Below, in pieces: positions 36,070-44,693 of a stretch of 64,000 bases of DNA. A program made the position numbers and the translations under genes. Position 1 is the first letter of the stretch. Each line of letters starts with the position of its first letter. Under the pieces are notes generated by a model, which had not been told where the DNA came from, searched no databases, and saw only the letters and a list, made by a program, of their open reading frames with translations. Source of the DNA: Candidatus Chisholmbacteria bacterium RIFCSPHIGHO2_01_FULL_52_32 (GTDB lineage: Bacteria > Patescibacteriota > Microgenomatia > UBA1400 > Chisholmbacteraceae); NCBI GenBank assembly GCA_001816585.1, contig MHCJ01000003.1:586681-650680 (forward strand), given 5' to 3'.

Positions 36070-38961
36070 TCAACCTCGATGGTACGGTGCATTGATGAGA
36101 CCGCATTTTTTGAACTTGTACGGCTGCCCGGTAGCCGGATTGATCGCTCCGCACCAACAGGGATCGTTGCGGCCGATCTTCTGTTTTCTCATGCCCGTTT
36201 GATTATCGCTCGGGCGGTTGGTGGTCATCGCAGGCTGGGAAGCACCGAGCCCGGCGAGCGCTTGAGCGAAATCATCTATCTTGCCCTTTGCTTTCGGCTC
36301 CCGACGTTCGGCAGGAGGCAGTTTTGCTTCGGAAGGTATTGGTGTTTGCGGAGCCGGCTCAGCGACCTCCGGTTTCTTGGCTACCACTTCTGTCGGGACC
36401 GTCGGAGTTACTGGGCGGATCTGGATGCGAAAGACGGTCCGGGCGACCTCGTAGTCTGTTTGGGCAATTAATCGCTCAAACATCGAGAAGGCTTCTTTCT
36501 TATATTCCGCCAGGATGGTTTGTTTGTCCCCCCGGAGCCCGATGCCCTCACGCAGTTCGTCGATTGCATCGAGGTGATCCATCCAAAGCCGGTCGCTTGC
36601 CGAAAGCAGGGTAAACTTTTCGACCTGGTGCATGAGCTCTGGTCCTACTTGGGTTTCCCGTTTCTGGTACGTTTGGCGTACGATCTCCTTGAGCGCCCCG
36701 GACACTTCCTGCGGATCTTGTTTTTGTTTCATCGTTTCTTTCAAACGCTGCTGTGAGGCGGGATCGAATGGGATGATCGTGGCGAATTCGTTAAGGATCG
36801 CATCGAGTTCCTTTTCCGTGAGCCCTTCGGGTGTGCGGAGTGCCACCATGTTCTCGATTTCTTCATCAAGGATATGGAGAATCCGTTCGGAGACTTTCTT
36901 TGAGGTTCTATCTTCACTTTCCTCAAGGATGCTGTTTCTGCGCTTATAGAAGATCTCGCGCTGCTTGTTCATCACATCGTCGTATTCAACCAGCTGCTTT
37001 CTGGCATCAAAATGGAAGCCTTCGACCTTTACCTGGGCCTGTTCGATGGCTTTGGAGACCATACCCGCCTCAATCGGCTGATCCTCCGGGATCTTGAGCA
37101 TGGTCATCAATTTTTGGACCTGCTCGCCGCCGAAGATGCGCATGATGTCATCGTCCAACGAGACAAAGAAGCGCGAAAGACCGGGATCTCCCTGCCGGCC
37201 TGAACGTCCGCGGAGTTGGTTATCGATGCGACGGGATTCGTGGCGTTCCGTGCCGATGACATAGAGCCCGCCCAGGGAAACGACTTTCTCGTGATCTTGC
37301 TGCCATTTCTGGATAGCTTCTTTGTGGCTCTTCTTCCCTTCCTTCGTCCCTTCGACATCACCCGGGACTTCAGTGGGTACGTCCGGGGGTGTTCCGCCCA
37401 GTACTATATCGACGCCGCGGCCGGCCATATTCGTGGCAACGGTCACCGCACCGATTTTTCCGGCGTCGGCCAAGATCTGCGCTTCCTTTTCGTGCTGTTT
37501 TGCATTGAGTACCTGATGGGGAATCTTTTTTCGTTTGAGGTATTCCGAAATCGCCTCGTTGTGATCGATGGAGCGGGTTCCCAAGAGTACGGGTTGTCCC
37601 CGTCTATAGGCCTCCTCTACTTCGGCAACGACCGCACCATATTTTGCCCGTATGGTTTTGTACACGATATCCGGCTGGTTAATCCGAATCATCGGTTTGT
37701 GGGTGGGAATGACGATGACATCGAGGTTGTAGATTTTCTTGAATTCCTCGGCTTCGGTCGCGGCGGTGCCGGTCATGCCCGCTAACTTTTCGTACATGCG
37801 AAAGTAGTTTTGGAGTGAAATGGTAGCAAGGGTCCTTGATTCCTGCTGAATGGCAACGTTTTCTTTGGCTTCGATTGCCTGGTGGAGTCCTTCGGAGTAG
37901 CGGCGGCCGTACATCAGCCGGCCGGTGTGTTCATCAACGATGATAATTTGTCCTTCTTTCAAGACGTACTCACGATCGCGTTTAAAGAGGGTATGTGCCT
38001 TGAGGGCTTGCTCAATATGGTGAATTGTTTGGAAATCCTTCTCGTAGAGGTTTTCAACACCGAGCTTCTTTTCGACTTTGCGGATACCCCGTTCGGTCAG
38101 GTTGGCGGTCCTATGCTTTTCGTCAATCTCAAAGTCGGTATCGGAAGTAAGTTGGGGAATGAGCTTGGCGAAGTCGTAGTATTTGCTGGTCGGTTCGGTG
38201 TCAGGGGCAGAAATAATGAGCGGGGTACGTGCTTCATCAATCAGGATCGAGTCCACCTCATCGACGATCGCAAAGTGGTGCTCACGCTGAACCTGGGATT
38301 CCCGACTCTGGGCCATGTTGTCGCGCAGGTAATCGAAGCCGAACTCGTTGTTCGTGCCATAGGTAATATCGGCGCCGTAGGCTTCCTTGCGGGAGCAGGG
38401 TTTTAAGTGACGCAGGCGCTCGTCGGTTTGGGCATGTTCTGTGTGCTCCGGGTCGTAGAGTGCAGCCGGTTGTTGGCCCTCTCCCGCGTAGATCACCCCA
38501 ACGGAAAGCCCCAATGCACGGTAGATAGGACCGTTCCAGCCGCAGTCACGCCGGGCGAGGTAGTCATTGACCGTCACCAGGTGAACCCCTCTTTCCGTAA
38601 GGGCGTTTAAGTAGAGCGCGGTGGTTGCGGAGAGCGTTTTTCCTTCTCCGGTCTTTTGTTCCCCAATCTTTCCCTGATGGAAGGCGATTCCTGCCATGAG
38701 CTGTGCGTCGAAGTGCCGGAGGCCGATCGTTCTTCTTCCCGCCTCGCGGACCGCTGCGAAGGCGTCGGGGAGGAGGTCATCAAGTGTTTCGCCCCGCTCA
38801 AACCGCTGTTTCAATTCAGCGGTCTTGGATTTGAGCTCTTCGTCTCCGAGTTTTTGATAGTCTGCCTCAAGGGCGTTTATGGCTGCGATTGTGGGGTCGA
38901 ATTTCTTGACTTCTCTTTCGTTTGAATCGAGAAGTTTTCCTAAGAATCCGAGGAATGCCAT
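36070..38961 (-). CDS. secA: Preprotein translocase ATPase SecA
   Basis: DEAD-like motor, preprotein cross-linking domain, helical scaffold, C-terminal Cys-rich zinc-binding tail. Confidence 0.9.
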   Translation of the reverse strand: MAFLGFLGKLLDSNEREVKKFDPTIAAINALEADYQKLGDEELKSKTAELKQRFERGETLDDLLPDAFAAVREAGRRTIGLRHFDAQLMAGIAFHQGKIGEQKTGEGKTLSATTALYLNALTERGVHLVTVNDYLARRDCGWNGPIYRALGLSVGVIYAGEGQQPAALYDPEHTEHAQTDERLRHLKPCSRKEAYGADITYGTNNEFGFDYLRDNMAQSRESQVQREHHFAIVDEVDSILIDEARTPLIISAPDTEPTSKYYDFAKLIPQLTSDTDFEIDEKHRTANLTERGIRKVEKKLGVENLYEKDFQTIHHIEQALKAHTLFKRDREYVLKEGQIIIVDEHTGRLMYGRRYSEGLHQAIEAKENVAIQQESRTLATISLQNYFRMYEKLAGMTGTAATEAEEFKKIYNLDVIVIPTHKPMIRINQPDIVYKTIRAKYGAVVAEVEEAYRRGQPVLLGTRSIDHNEAISEYLKRKKIPHQVLNAKQHEKEAQILADAGKIGAVTVATNMAGRGVDIVLGGTPPDVPTEVPGDVEGTKEGKKSHKEAIQKWQQDHEKVVSLGGLYVIGTERHESRRIDNQLRGRSGRQGDPGLSRFFVSLDDDIMRIFGGEQVQKLMTMLKIPEDQPIEAGMVSKAIEQAQVKVEGFHFDARKQLVEYDDVMNKQREIFYKRRNSILEESEDRTSKKVSERILHILDEEIENMVALRTPEGLTEKELDAILNEFATIIPFDPASQQRLKETMKQKQDPQEVSGALKEIVRQTYQKRETQVGPELMHQVEKFTLLSASDRLWMDHLDAIDELREGIGLRGDKQTILAEYKKEAFSMFERLIAQTDYEVARTVFRIQIRPVTPTVPTEVVAKKPEVAEPAPQTPIPSEAKLPPAERREPKAKGKIDDFAQALAGLGASQPAMTTNRPSDNQTGMRKQKIGRNDPCWCGAINPATGQPYKFKKCGLINAPYHRG

Positions 38962-39211
38962 AAGAGTTTATTTTAACCTAAGTGCTCAAGAAACTCCAGA
39001 CAAAAGGTGAAAAGGTGGAGGTAGCGAGTTGCGCGTAATTTAGGAGACCCCTGTAACGGAAATTTCTTGGTCACATACGGTGCGGTTTTCGAAACGGTTA
39101 GTCTTTTTTAGTTTCACCAGACTGAGAGTCTGGCCTATGTGACCGGCGAAATTTGTTCCGCGCTCACTTTTTTAATAATTCTATGCGCGAAACTCTTGTT
39201 AGTCTCCGTTT

Positions 39212-39865
39212 TCACTTCCTTGCGGAAAAGACGATGTTTGCTGGTGTCGGAATCCGCTCAACATGCGCAAACACAGATGAGAGTTTGACTTCCAACAGGT
39301 TCACTTGGCCTTTTTCTCCCTGTTTTATAAGGTGGTTTACGAGCAGTACGCCATTGTTTATGAGCAGTTCACGCAGGGCTGTGAGGAATGGGCCTTGCAT
39401 GGATTTCTGCGGCACCTCGCCTCCCACATAGAGATCACAAAGAATGCAATCAAAGCGGCTTCTCCAGCTTTTGGTTCGGTGGAACACCCAATGGAAGGCA
39501 TCCCCCTTGACGATGGTGAGTTGCGGGATCTTCTGCAGTGCAAAATACCTCTTCCCCAACTCGATCATCAGCGGATCAAGCTCAACCCCGATCATTCTGG
39601 CTTCCGGCCAAATCCGGGCTATCTCCTTGGCGGCCGAGCCTGCTCCCAGGCCTAAAATGAGGATGTCTTTTCGGCTTCCCCCGTTGTTTGCGAGCGTTTT
39701 TACGGCCTTCCTCCAGATGCTTCTGACGAGCCCCCCGCTTTGGGTGAAGCCGCCGGCGTGAATGCTATATGATCCAAAGAGTTTTGAAACGGTGATCCTC
39801 CCGTTTACGGGTGATTCGCGTGTTTCGATGGTTTTGGGGAGAAAGAAGAGCATAGTCAAGTTCAA
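39212..39865 (-). CDS. Class I SAM-dependent methyltransferase (spermidine synthase-like fold)
   Basis: ILILGLGAGSAAKEI...GVELDP Rossmann motif I/II. Confidence 0.5.
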   Translation of the reverse strand: MNLTMLFFLPKTIETRESPVNGRITVSKLFGSYSIHAGGFTQSGGLVRSIWRKAVKTLANNGGSRKDILILGLGAGSAAKEIARIWPEARMIGVELDPLMIELGKRYFALQKIPQLTIVKGDAFHWVFHRTKSWRSRFDCILCDLYVGGEVPQKSMQGPFLTALRELLINNGVLLVNHLIKQGEKGQVNLLEVKLSSVFAHVERIPTPANIVFSARK

Positions 39866-39981
39866 AACTTAAAACTCAAAACGCAAAACTACAACGCAAA
39901 TCTCAAAAGTTTTAAGATTTAAGATGGGGCTTTGAGATTTGAAATTTGATATTTGAGATTTCTCAAATTTAGGGTTTAACA
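39866..39981 (+). repeat. Composite STR block: (CAAAACT)n, (GAKATTT)n and one TTTAGGGTTTA unit
   Basis: Between the methyltransferase start and the DacA stop. The DacA C-terminal KP-stop is again encoded by AAACCCTAA. Confidence 0.8.
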
Positions 39982-41057
39982 TTCTGGCTTTCTGTTGCGA
40001 TTTTACTTTCCCTGTATAATTCTTGCAGAATCTGTTCGCGAAGTTCCCGCCATTCATCAAGGCGCGGCTTGATGAGAGACTCATCGACTTTAACCCCCTT
40101 GATTCCCTCTTTTTGGAAACCGTAATTTAACAGCGCGGCTGCTGCGAGGTCCCTATCGACAATGCTGCCGGCACCCACCACAATTGCGATCAGCGAAATG
40201 CCTTCCCGGGTTGCCGTCACTATAGTCAGGTGACCGGCCTTTTCCGTGAAGCCTATCTTCAGACCGTCAACCCCGGGATAGGTCGTAAGGAGTGCGTTCC
40301 AATTGGGCAGGTGGTAAAAGCCGTGCCTTTCAGTTTCTTCCAATGCGGCATAGCGGGATGCCGCTGCCGTACGGATCGGCAGATAATTTTTATAGGCATA
40401 ACGGGCAATACGGGCAAGATCGTAGGCGTTCGTGTACTGATTCTCATCATCAAATCCTTGGGTGTTGGTAAAGTTGGTATTCCCCAGTCCAAGCAACTCT
40501 GCTTTCTTGTTCATCAGGCTTACGAACACTTCTTCGTTCCCGCTGAAGGGGCGGAGTGTTTCTTCTCCGACGATCGTTGCCGCGTCGTTCCCTGAGGTTG
40601 CGATCATCGCTTTAATCAGCTCCTCAAGGGTAAAGGTTTCTCCCGGTTTAACTCCGAGGATGGTTGGTTCCTGGGAGGCTGCTTTTTGCGATGCCGTCAA
40701 TTTTGCGGAGGATGTTGCGATGTCCAGTGCCACCATGGCCGTGACGAGTTTTGTTAACGAGGCCGGCGGAATTTTTTCGTTTACGTTCCTGGCGCTGTAG
40801 ACCTCGCCTGAATCGGCATTGACGACGAGATATGCCTTCAGGGCTGCAAGTCTAGCGCTTGAAAGCTCGTTCTTTGATGGTTCCCGAAGGAGCGGGTGGA
40901 AGCGGGCGGAATCATTGACAGTCAAAAAAGGTGTAAACCGCTTAGTTTCTTTTTCGTTCGGCAGTTTTGAAGGAGAAAGGGATCGTTTTCCACCAAAGCC
41001 TACGACCACAAGAAAAAACAGCGCGGCAACAAAGCTCAGGATAGTAAATCTTTTCAT
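39969..41057 (-). CDS. D-alanyl-D-alanine carboxypeptidase (S11, PBP5/DacA-like)
   Basis: SxxK (PASLTK), SGN (TSGNDAA), KxG (KIGFTEKAG); signal peptide. Confidence 0.75.
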   Translation of the reverse strand: MKRFTILSFVAALFFLVVVGFGGKRSLSPSKLPNEKETKRFTPFLTVNDSARFHPLLREPSKNELSSARLAALKAYLVVNADSGEVYSARNVNEKIPPASLTKLVTAMVALDIATSSAKLTASQKAASQEPTILGVKPGETFTLEELIKAMIATSGNDAATIVGEETLRPFSGNEEVFVSLMNKKAELLGLGNTNFTNTQGFDDENQYTNAYDLARIARYAYKNYLPIRTAAASRYAALEETERHGFYHLPNWNALLTTYPGVDGLKIGFTEKAGHLTIVTATREGISLIAIVVGAGSIVDRDLAAAALLNYGFQKEGIKGVKVDESLIKPRLDEWRELREQILQELYRESKIATESQNVKP

Positions 41058-42319
41058 TACGCTTTGGGAGCTATACGATCCTTCCCGACGTATGAACGGA
41101 GGATCTTGGGGACCGTGACGGACCCGTCTTCCTGTTGGTAGTTCTCAAGAATGGCGCCAAGGACGCGCGGAGTGGCGATGACGGTATTGTTGAGGGTATA
41201 GACGTATTTGATCTCACCCTCACCGGTTCGGTAGCGCAGGTTGAGACGTCTGGCTTGAAAGTCATAGAAATAACTGTCGGAATGGGTTTCCCGATACCTT
41301 TCCTGGGAAGGATACCAGGTTTCAATGTCATACTTCTTCACTTGGCCGGCTCCCATGTCACCGGTGCACATCAAAACGATTTGGTATGGAAGCTCGAGCT
41401 CCCGCAATACGTCCTCGGCGTAGGAGAGCATCCGCTCGTGCCATAGTTCCGATTCCTTTTTGTCGGCGGCGTGGAGAACAACCTGCTCGACCTTGCTGAA
41501 TTGATGGAGGCGGAAGATGCCGCGGGTATCCTTTCCGTATGAGCCGACCTCCCGACGGAAGCAGGGAGAGATTCCAACCAGTTTCACGGGCAGCTGGTTC
41601 TCTTGTAAAACCTCCCCGGCGTGGTAGGCCGTCAAAGATACTTCGGCGGTCCCGATTAATTTTTTCCCATCCTGCGTTGTGTAGTGATCCTCGATGCCCC
41701 AAGGGAAATATCCGGTCCCGAAGAGCGCTTCGTCGTTTACGAGCCAGGGAACTGTCATCGGGGTAAAGCCCTGTTTTATCATATGGCGGAGGGCATAATC
41801 CAACAGGCCGTATTCCAAAAGAACCAGTTCGTTTTTGGTGAAGAAGCTGCGGAAACCACCGATTTTCACACCCCGCGGCACATCGATGAGATCGAGCTTT
41901 TCACCGAGTTCAATGTGATCGAGGGGTTTAAAGGAGAACTTCGGAGGCGTCCCCCACCGGCGAACAACCTGGTTTCCCGATTCGTCGGGACCCACCGGAA
42001 CGCCTTCGGCAGGTACACTGGGAACCTGAAGCATGAAGTCTTTGAAGTTATCTTGGACTTGTTTCAATTGCGGCTCGATGTCTTTTAACTTTTTCTTGAT
42101 TTCAGTTCCTTCTTTGATGAGCGTGTCCGATTTGGCTTTGGCCAATTCTTTGGCGATTTCGTTTCTGCGGGCACGGAGTTTCTCTACCTTGTCGATCAGC
42201 TCCCGACGCTGGTTGTCAGTTCGGATTACTTCATCGACAACGGCTGGGTTTAAGTTTTTGTCGCGGGCGGCTTTTCTGACTTCTTCGGCGTGATCGCGGA
42301 TGAATTGGATGTCTAACAT
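41057..42319 (-). CDS. serS: Seryl-tRNA synthetase
   Basis: N-terminal coiled-coil arm plus class II motifs 1-3. Confidence 0.9.
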   Translation of the reverse strand: MLDIQFIRDHAEEVRKAARDKNLNPAVVDEVIRTDNQRRELIDKVEKLRARRNEIAKELAKAKSDTLIKEGTEIKKKLKDIEPQLKQVQDNFKDFMLQVPSVPAEGVPVGPDESGNQVVRRWGTPPKFSFKPLDHIELGEKLDLIDVPRGVKIGGFRSFFTKNELVLLEYGLLDYALRHMIKQGFTPMTVPWLVNDEALFGTGYFPWGIEDHYTTQDGKKLIGTAEVSLTAYHAGEVLQENQLPVKLVGISPCFRREVGSYGKDTRGIFRLHQFSKVEQVVLHAADKKESELWHERMLSYAEDVLRELELPYQIVLMCTGDMGAGQVKKYDIETWYPSQERYRETHSDSYFYDFQARRLNLRYRTGEGEIKYVYTLNNTVIATPRVLGAILENYQQEDGSVTVPKILRSYVGKDRIAPKA

Positions 42320-42330
42320 AGGGATAGGTA

Positions 42331-42370
42331 GGGTTTAGGGTTTAGGGTTTAGGGTTTAGGGTTTAGGGTT
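42331..42370 (+). repeat. (GGGTTTA)x5.7 array abutting the serS start
   Basis: CATAGGGATAGGTA junction is near-identical to the prfB locus. Flanked by AGATCTATTTTACCAG, a motif also found at 10465-10480. Confidence 0.9.
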
Positions 42371-42375
42371 CAGAT

Positions 42376-42858
42376 CTATTTTACCAGCTTGTTTTGTTTG
42401 ATGAGTTTTTGGGCTTCGGAGACGAAGTCGGTGGTTAAGGGTAGACACTCAAGTTTGTAGATTTCTTCCGGGTAAAACCAGCGAAAGCCGCCGGTTTCCT
42501 TTTCCGGATCGTTATCGAGTGAGATCGTTTGATTACCGATGTCGACCAAGAAGCAGAGAAGTGTCAGGTGTACGTCAGTATTAAGGTCGATATGGCGTCC
42601 TTTTTCATAGACGACTGATTTTACGATCGGGTAGGGAAACAGAATTCTTGCTGAGACACTCAGTTCCTCCTGCATTTCCCGCGCCAGTGCTTGTTCCGGA
42701 GTTTCACCAAACTCGATTTCACCTCCGGCAAGCTGCCACTTGCCGTCCCAGAATTTCCTTTTGGGAGCCTGTCTTTGCGTAAGGAGCATTTGGCCTTTTT
42801 CATTTATGGGAAGGCCGAGCGCTCCGACGATCTTTTGGGGTTTGAGATCCGAGGACAT
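42376..42858 (-). CDS. NUDIX hydrolase
   Basis: Nudix box GGEIEFGETPEQALAREMQEELSV. Confidence 0.75.
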   Translation of the reverse strand: MSSDLKPQKIVGALGLPINEKGQMLLTQRQAPKRKFWDGKWQLAGGEIEFGETPEQALAREMQEELSVSARILFPYPIVKSVVYEKGRHIDLNTDVHLTLLCFLVDIGNQTISLDNDPEKETGGFRWFYPEEIYKLECLPLTTDFVSEAQKLIKQNKLVK

Positions 42859-42862
42859 ATCG

Positions 42863-42897
42863 AATTATGAATAATGAATCATGAATTATGGATCATG
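42863..42897 (+). repeat. (ATGAATN)x5 heptamer array 5 nt upstream of the NUDIX gene start
   Basis: gaattatgaataatgaatcatgaattatggatcatg; same family as 30194-30238. Confidence 0.85.
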
Positions 42898-42904
42898 CGA
42901 ATTT

Positions 42905-43456
42905 CTACAGACCGATTTCGCCGGCGATACTTTTCATCGCATCTAAAACCGTTTGGACGTGATCCCAGACGTCTACGCCGAGGTCGGCGGCTGATTTTTC
43001 TATATCCTCGCGGTTCACGCCGCGGGCGAATTCCTTGGTCTTCCATTTCTTTTGAACTGATTCAAGTGTTACGTCGGACAGTTTCTTTGACGGACGAACC
43101 AGCGTAACTGCAACAATCAGCCCCGTTATTTCATCGCAGGCAGCGAGGGCTTTATCGATTCGCTTTGTCCTTGCGATACCGGTGTGATCAGCGTGAGAGA
43201 GGATCGTTTGAATCATCTCCTCATCCACCCCTTTCTCGCGAAGGATCTTTGCTCCTTCCTGGGGGTGTTCTTTGAGGGTCGGGTGGATCTCCCAGTCGAA
43301 GTCATGGAGAAGTCCTGCAACACGATAGCGCTGTTCGTCCTCGCCGAACTTTTCGGCATAGGCTGCCATGGCTGCTTCAACGGCAAACATATGGCGCCGG
43401 AGGTTGATGTTTTTGACGTACTGTTTGACGATTTCCAGTGCTTCTTGTCTTGTCAT
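42905..43456 (-). CDS. HD-domain phosphohydrolase
   Basis: H...HD motif (RRHMFAV...GLLHDFD). Confidence 0.6.
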   Translation of the reverse strand: MTRQEALEIVKQYVKNINLRRHMFAVEAAMAAYAEKFGEDEQRYRVAGLLHDFDWEIHPTLKEHPQEGAKILREKGVDEEMIQTILSHADHTGIARTKRIDKALAACDEITGLIVAVTLVRPSKKLSDVTLESVQKKWKTKEFARGVNREDIEKSAADLGVDVWDHVQTVLDAMKSIAGEIGL

Positions 43457-43508
43457 AAAACAAGGACTAAGGAATAAGTGGTAAGTGGAGAGTCAGAGAC
43501 AGGGAAAA

Positions 43509-43886
43509 TCATCTTTTGTTCCGCAGGGTTTTCAAACTGGAAACGAGCATCCCTACGGTTTCATTATTGATTCCAATAATCTTATCTATCGTCGCTCCAA
43601 TTTTCGGATACAATTCTTTTAATATTAACAGCCAATATTCCGTTTCGTTAGCGGATCCGAGGGATATTTGAAGGAATCTTTCGTATTCCTTCCCTCTATA
43701 TCGACCGTACCCCTCGGCAATATTTGCGCCTACAGAACTTGAAGCCCTAATAAGCTGATTAACTACTATCTTTGTTGCTTGTTCCATTGGTAATTTCTTT
43801 ACTAAACCTACAATCTGCTTTGTAGTTTCGAATGACTTCTGCCAAAACTTCAGATCTTTGTACCCTTTTATCCTCTGACTTATCAT
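43509..43886 (-). CDS. Four-helix-bundle protein (23S rRNA intervening-sequence protein family)
   Basis: ASSSVGANIAEGYGR...EYERFLQISLGSANETEYWL hallmark. Confidence 0.75.
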   Translation of the reverse strand: MISQRIKGYKDLKFWQKSFETTKQIVGLVKKLPMEQATKIVVNQLIRASSSVGANIAEGYGRYRGKEYERFLQISLGSANETEYWLLILKELYPKIGATIDKIIGINNETVGMLVSSLKTLRNKR

Positions 43887-43909
43887 TTATTCCTTACTCT
43901 TTATTCTTT

Positions 43910-44683
43910 TTAAATTGGATTTGGGATATCGATGAATTCGACCTCAAGGCCGTCTTCGAAGCGGGATTTGATTACCTTGCCGAGTTCCTGAACGCCAAAA
44001 ACTTCCGTTGCGTAGTGCCCGCAGGCAAAGTAGTTGATACCCTCTTCCGCCATTTTACTCGGAACGGATTCCGACGCCTCTCCTGTTAAGAAAAGTTCTA
44101 TTCCTTTTTCTTCCATCTCGGTCAGGTGCTCGGAGGAAGGTTTTGCTGCCCCGGAAACGACCCCGATTGTCTTGACCTTTTTCGGTCCGGAATACACCGC
44201 AAAAATATCATGATGAAAAATCTCCGCGCATTGTTCGGCAAGTATTGCGGCATCTTTTGGTTTTTCAAAGTGGGCCACGTATCCGAATTCTTCAAACAGC
44301 GGTTCTCCAAGTTTTGCTCCCAACAATTTGATGATTACGGCGTTATTGCCGATTCTCGGATCTGCGTCAAGAACGTAGTGAAAACCGATGATCGTAAGGT
44401 CATTCTTTAGGATCAGCTTCAATCGCTTTTGCGATGAGCGCGGAAAGCGGCCTTTGTATACCCTTGGGTCAAAACCGTGATGAACAATGCAAAGGGAAGC
44501 CCCTATTCTTACCGCTTCCTTGAGGAAGTCTTCGTTCAGGCTTACACCAAGCGCTACCTTTTTCACTTCTTCGGATCCGAGAAGCTGGATACCGTTTGCC
44601 ACTTCGTCCTGTTTGGCTGCTTTGTCCAACAGCTCTTTTCCGAAATAGTCCAAGACAAAGGTGATGAGTCGGTCACGCATCAT
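43910..44683 (-). CDS. Nif3-family dinuclear metal-centre protein
   Basis: Start at MMRDRLI (the track's longer ORF overlaps lysS by 100 nt); SLCIVHHG and C-terminal FACGHYATE motifs. Confidence 0.6.
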   Translation of the reverse strand: MMRDRLITFVLDYFGKELLDKAAKQDEVANGIQLLGSEEVKKVALGVSLNEDFLKEAVRIGASLCIVHHGFDPRVYKGRFPRSSQKRLKLILKNDLTIIGFHYVLDADPRIGNNAVIIKLLGAKLGEPLFEEFGYVAHFEKPKDAAILAEQCAEIFHHDIFAVYSGPKKVKTIGVVSGAAKPSSEHLTEMEEKGIELFLTGEASESVPSKMAEEGINYFACGHYATEVFGVQELGKVIKSRFEDGLEVEFIDIPNPI

Positions 44684-44693
44684 AGGCGGTTTC

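Noticed and set aside
36040-36471. Plus-strand 143-aa ORF antisense to the secA 3' end, and similar antisense ORFs within ftsE, clpC and the GT-C gene
   Set aside because: They lie entirely within well-supported conserved genes on the opposite strand and have Arg/Ser/Cys-rich low-complexity translations typical of antisense frames.
7726-42370. Heptamer arrays considered as CRISPR repeats
   Set aside because: Units are 7 nt, contiguous and without spacers; no cas genes in the window.
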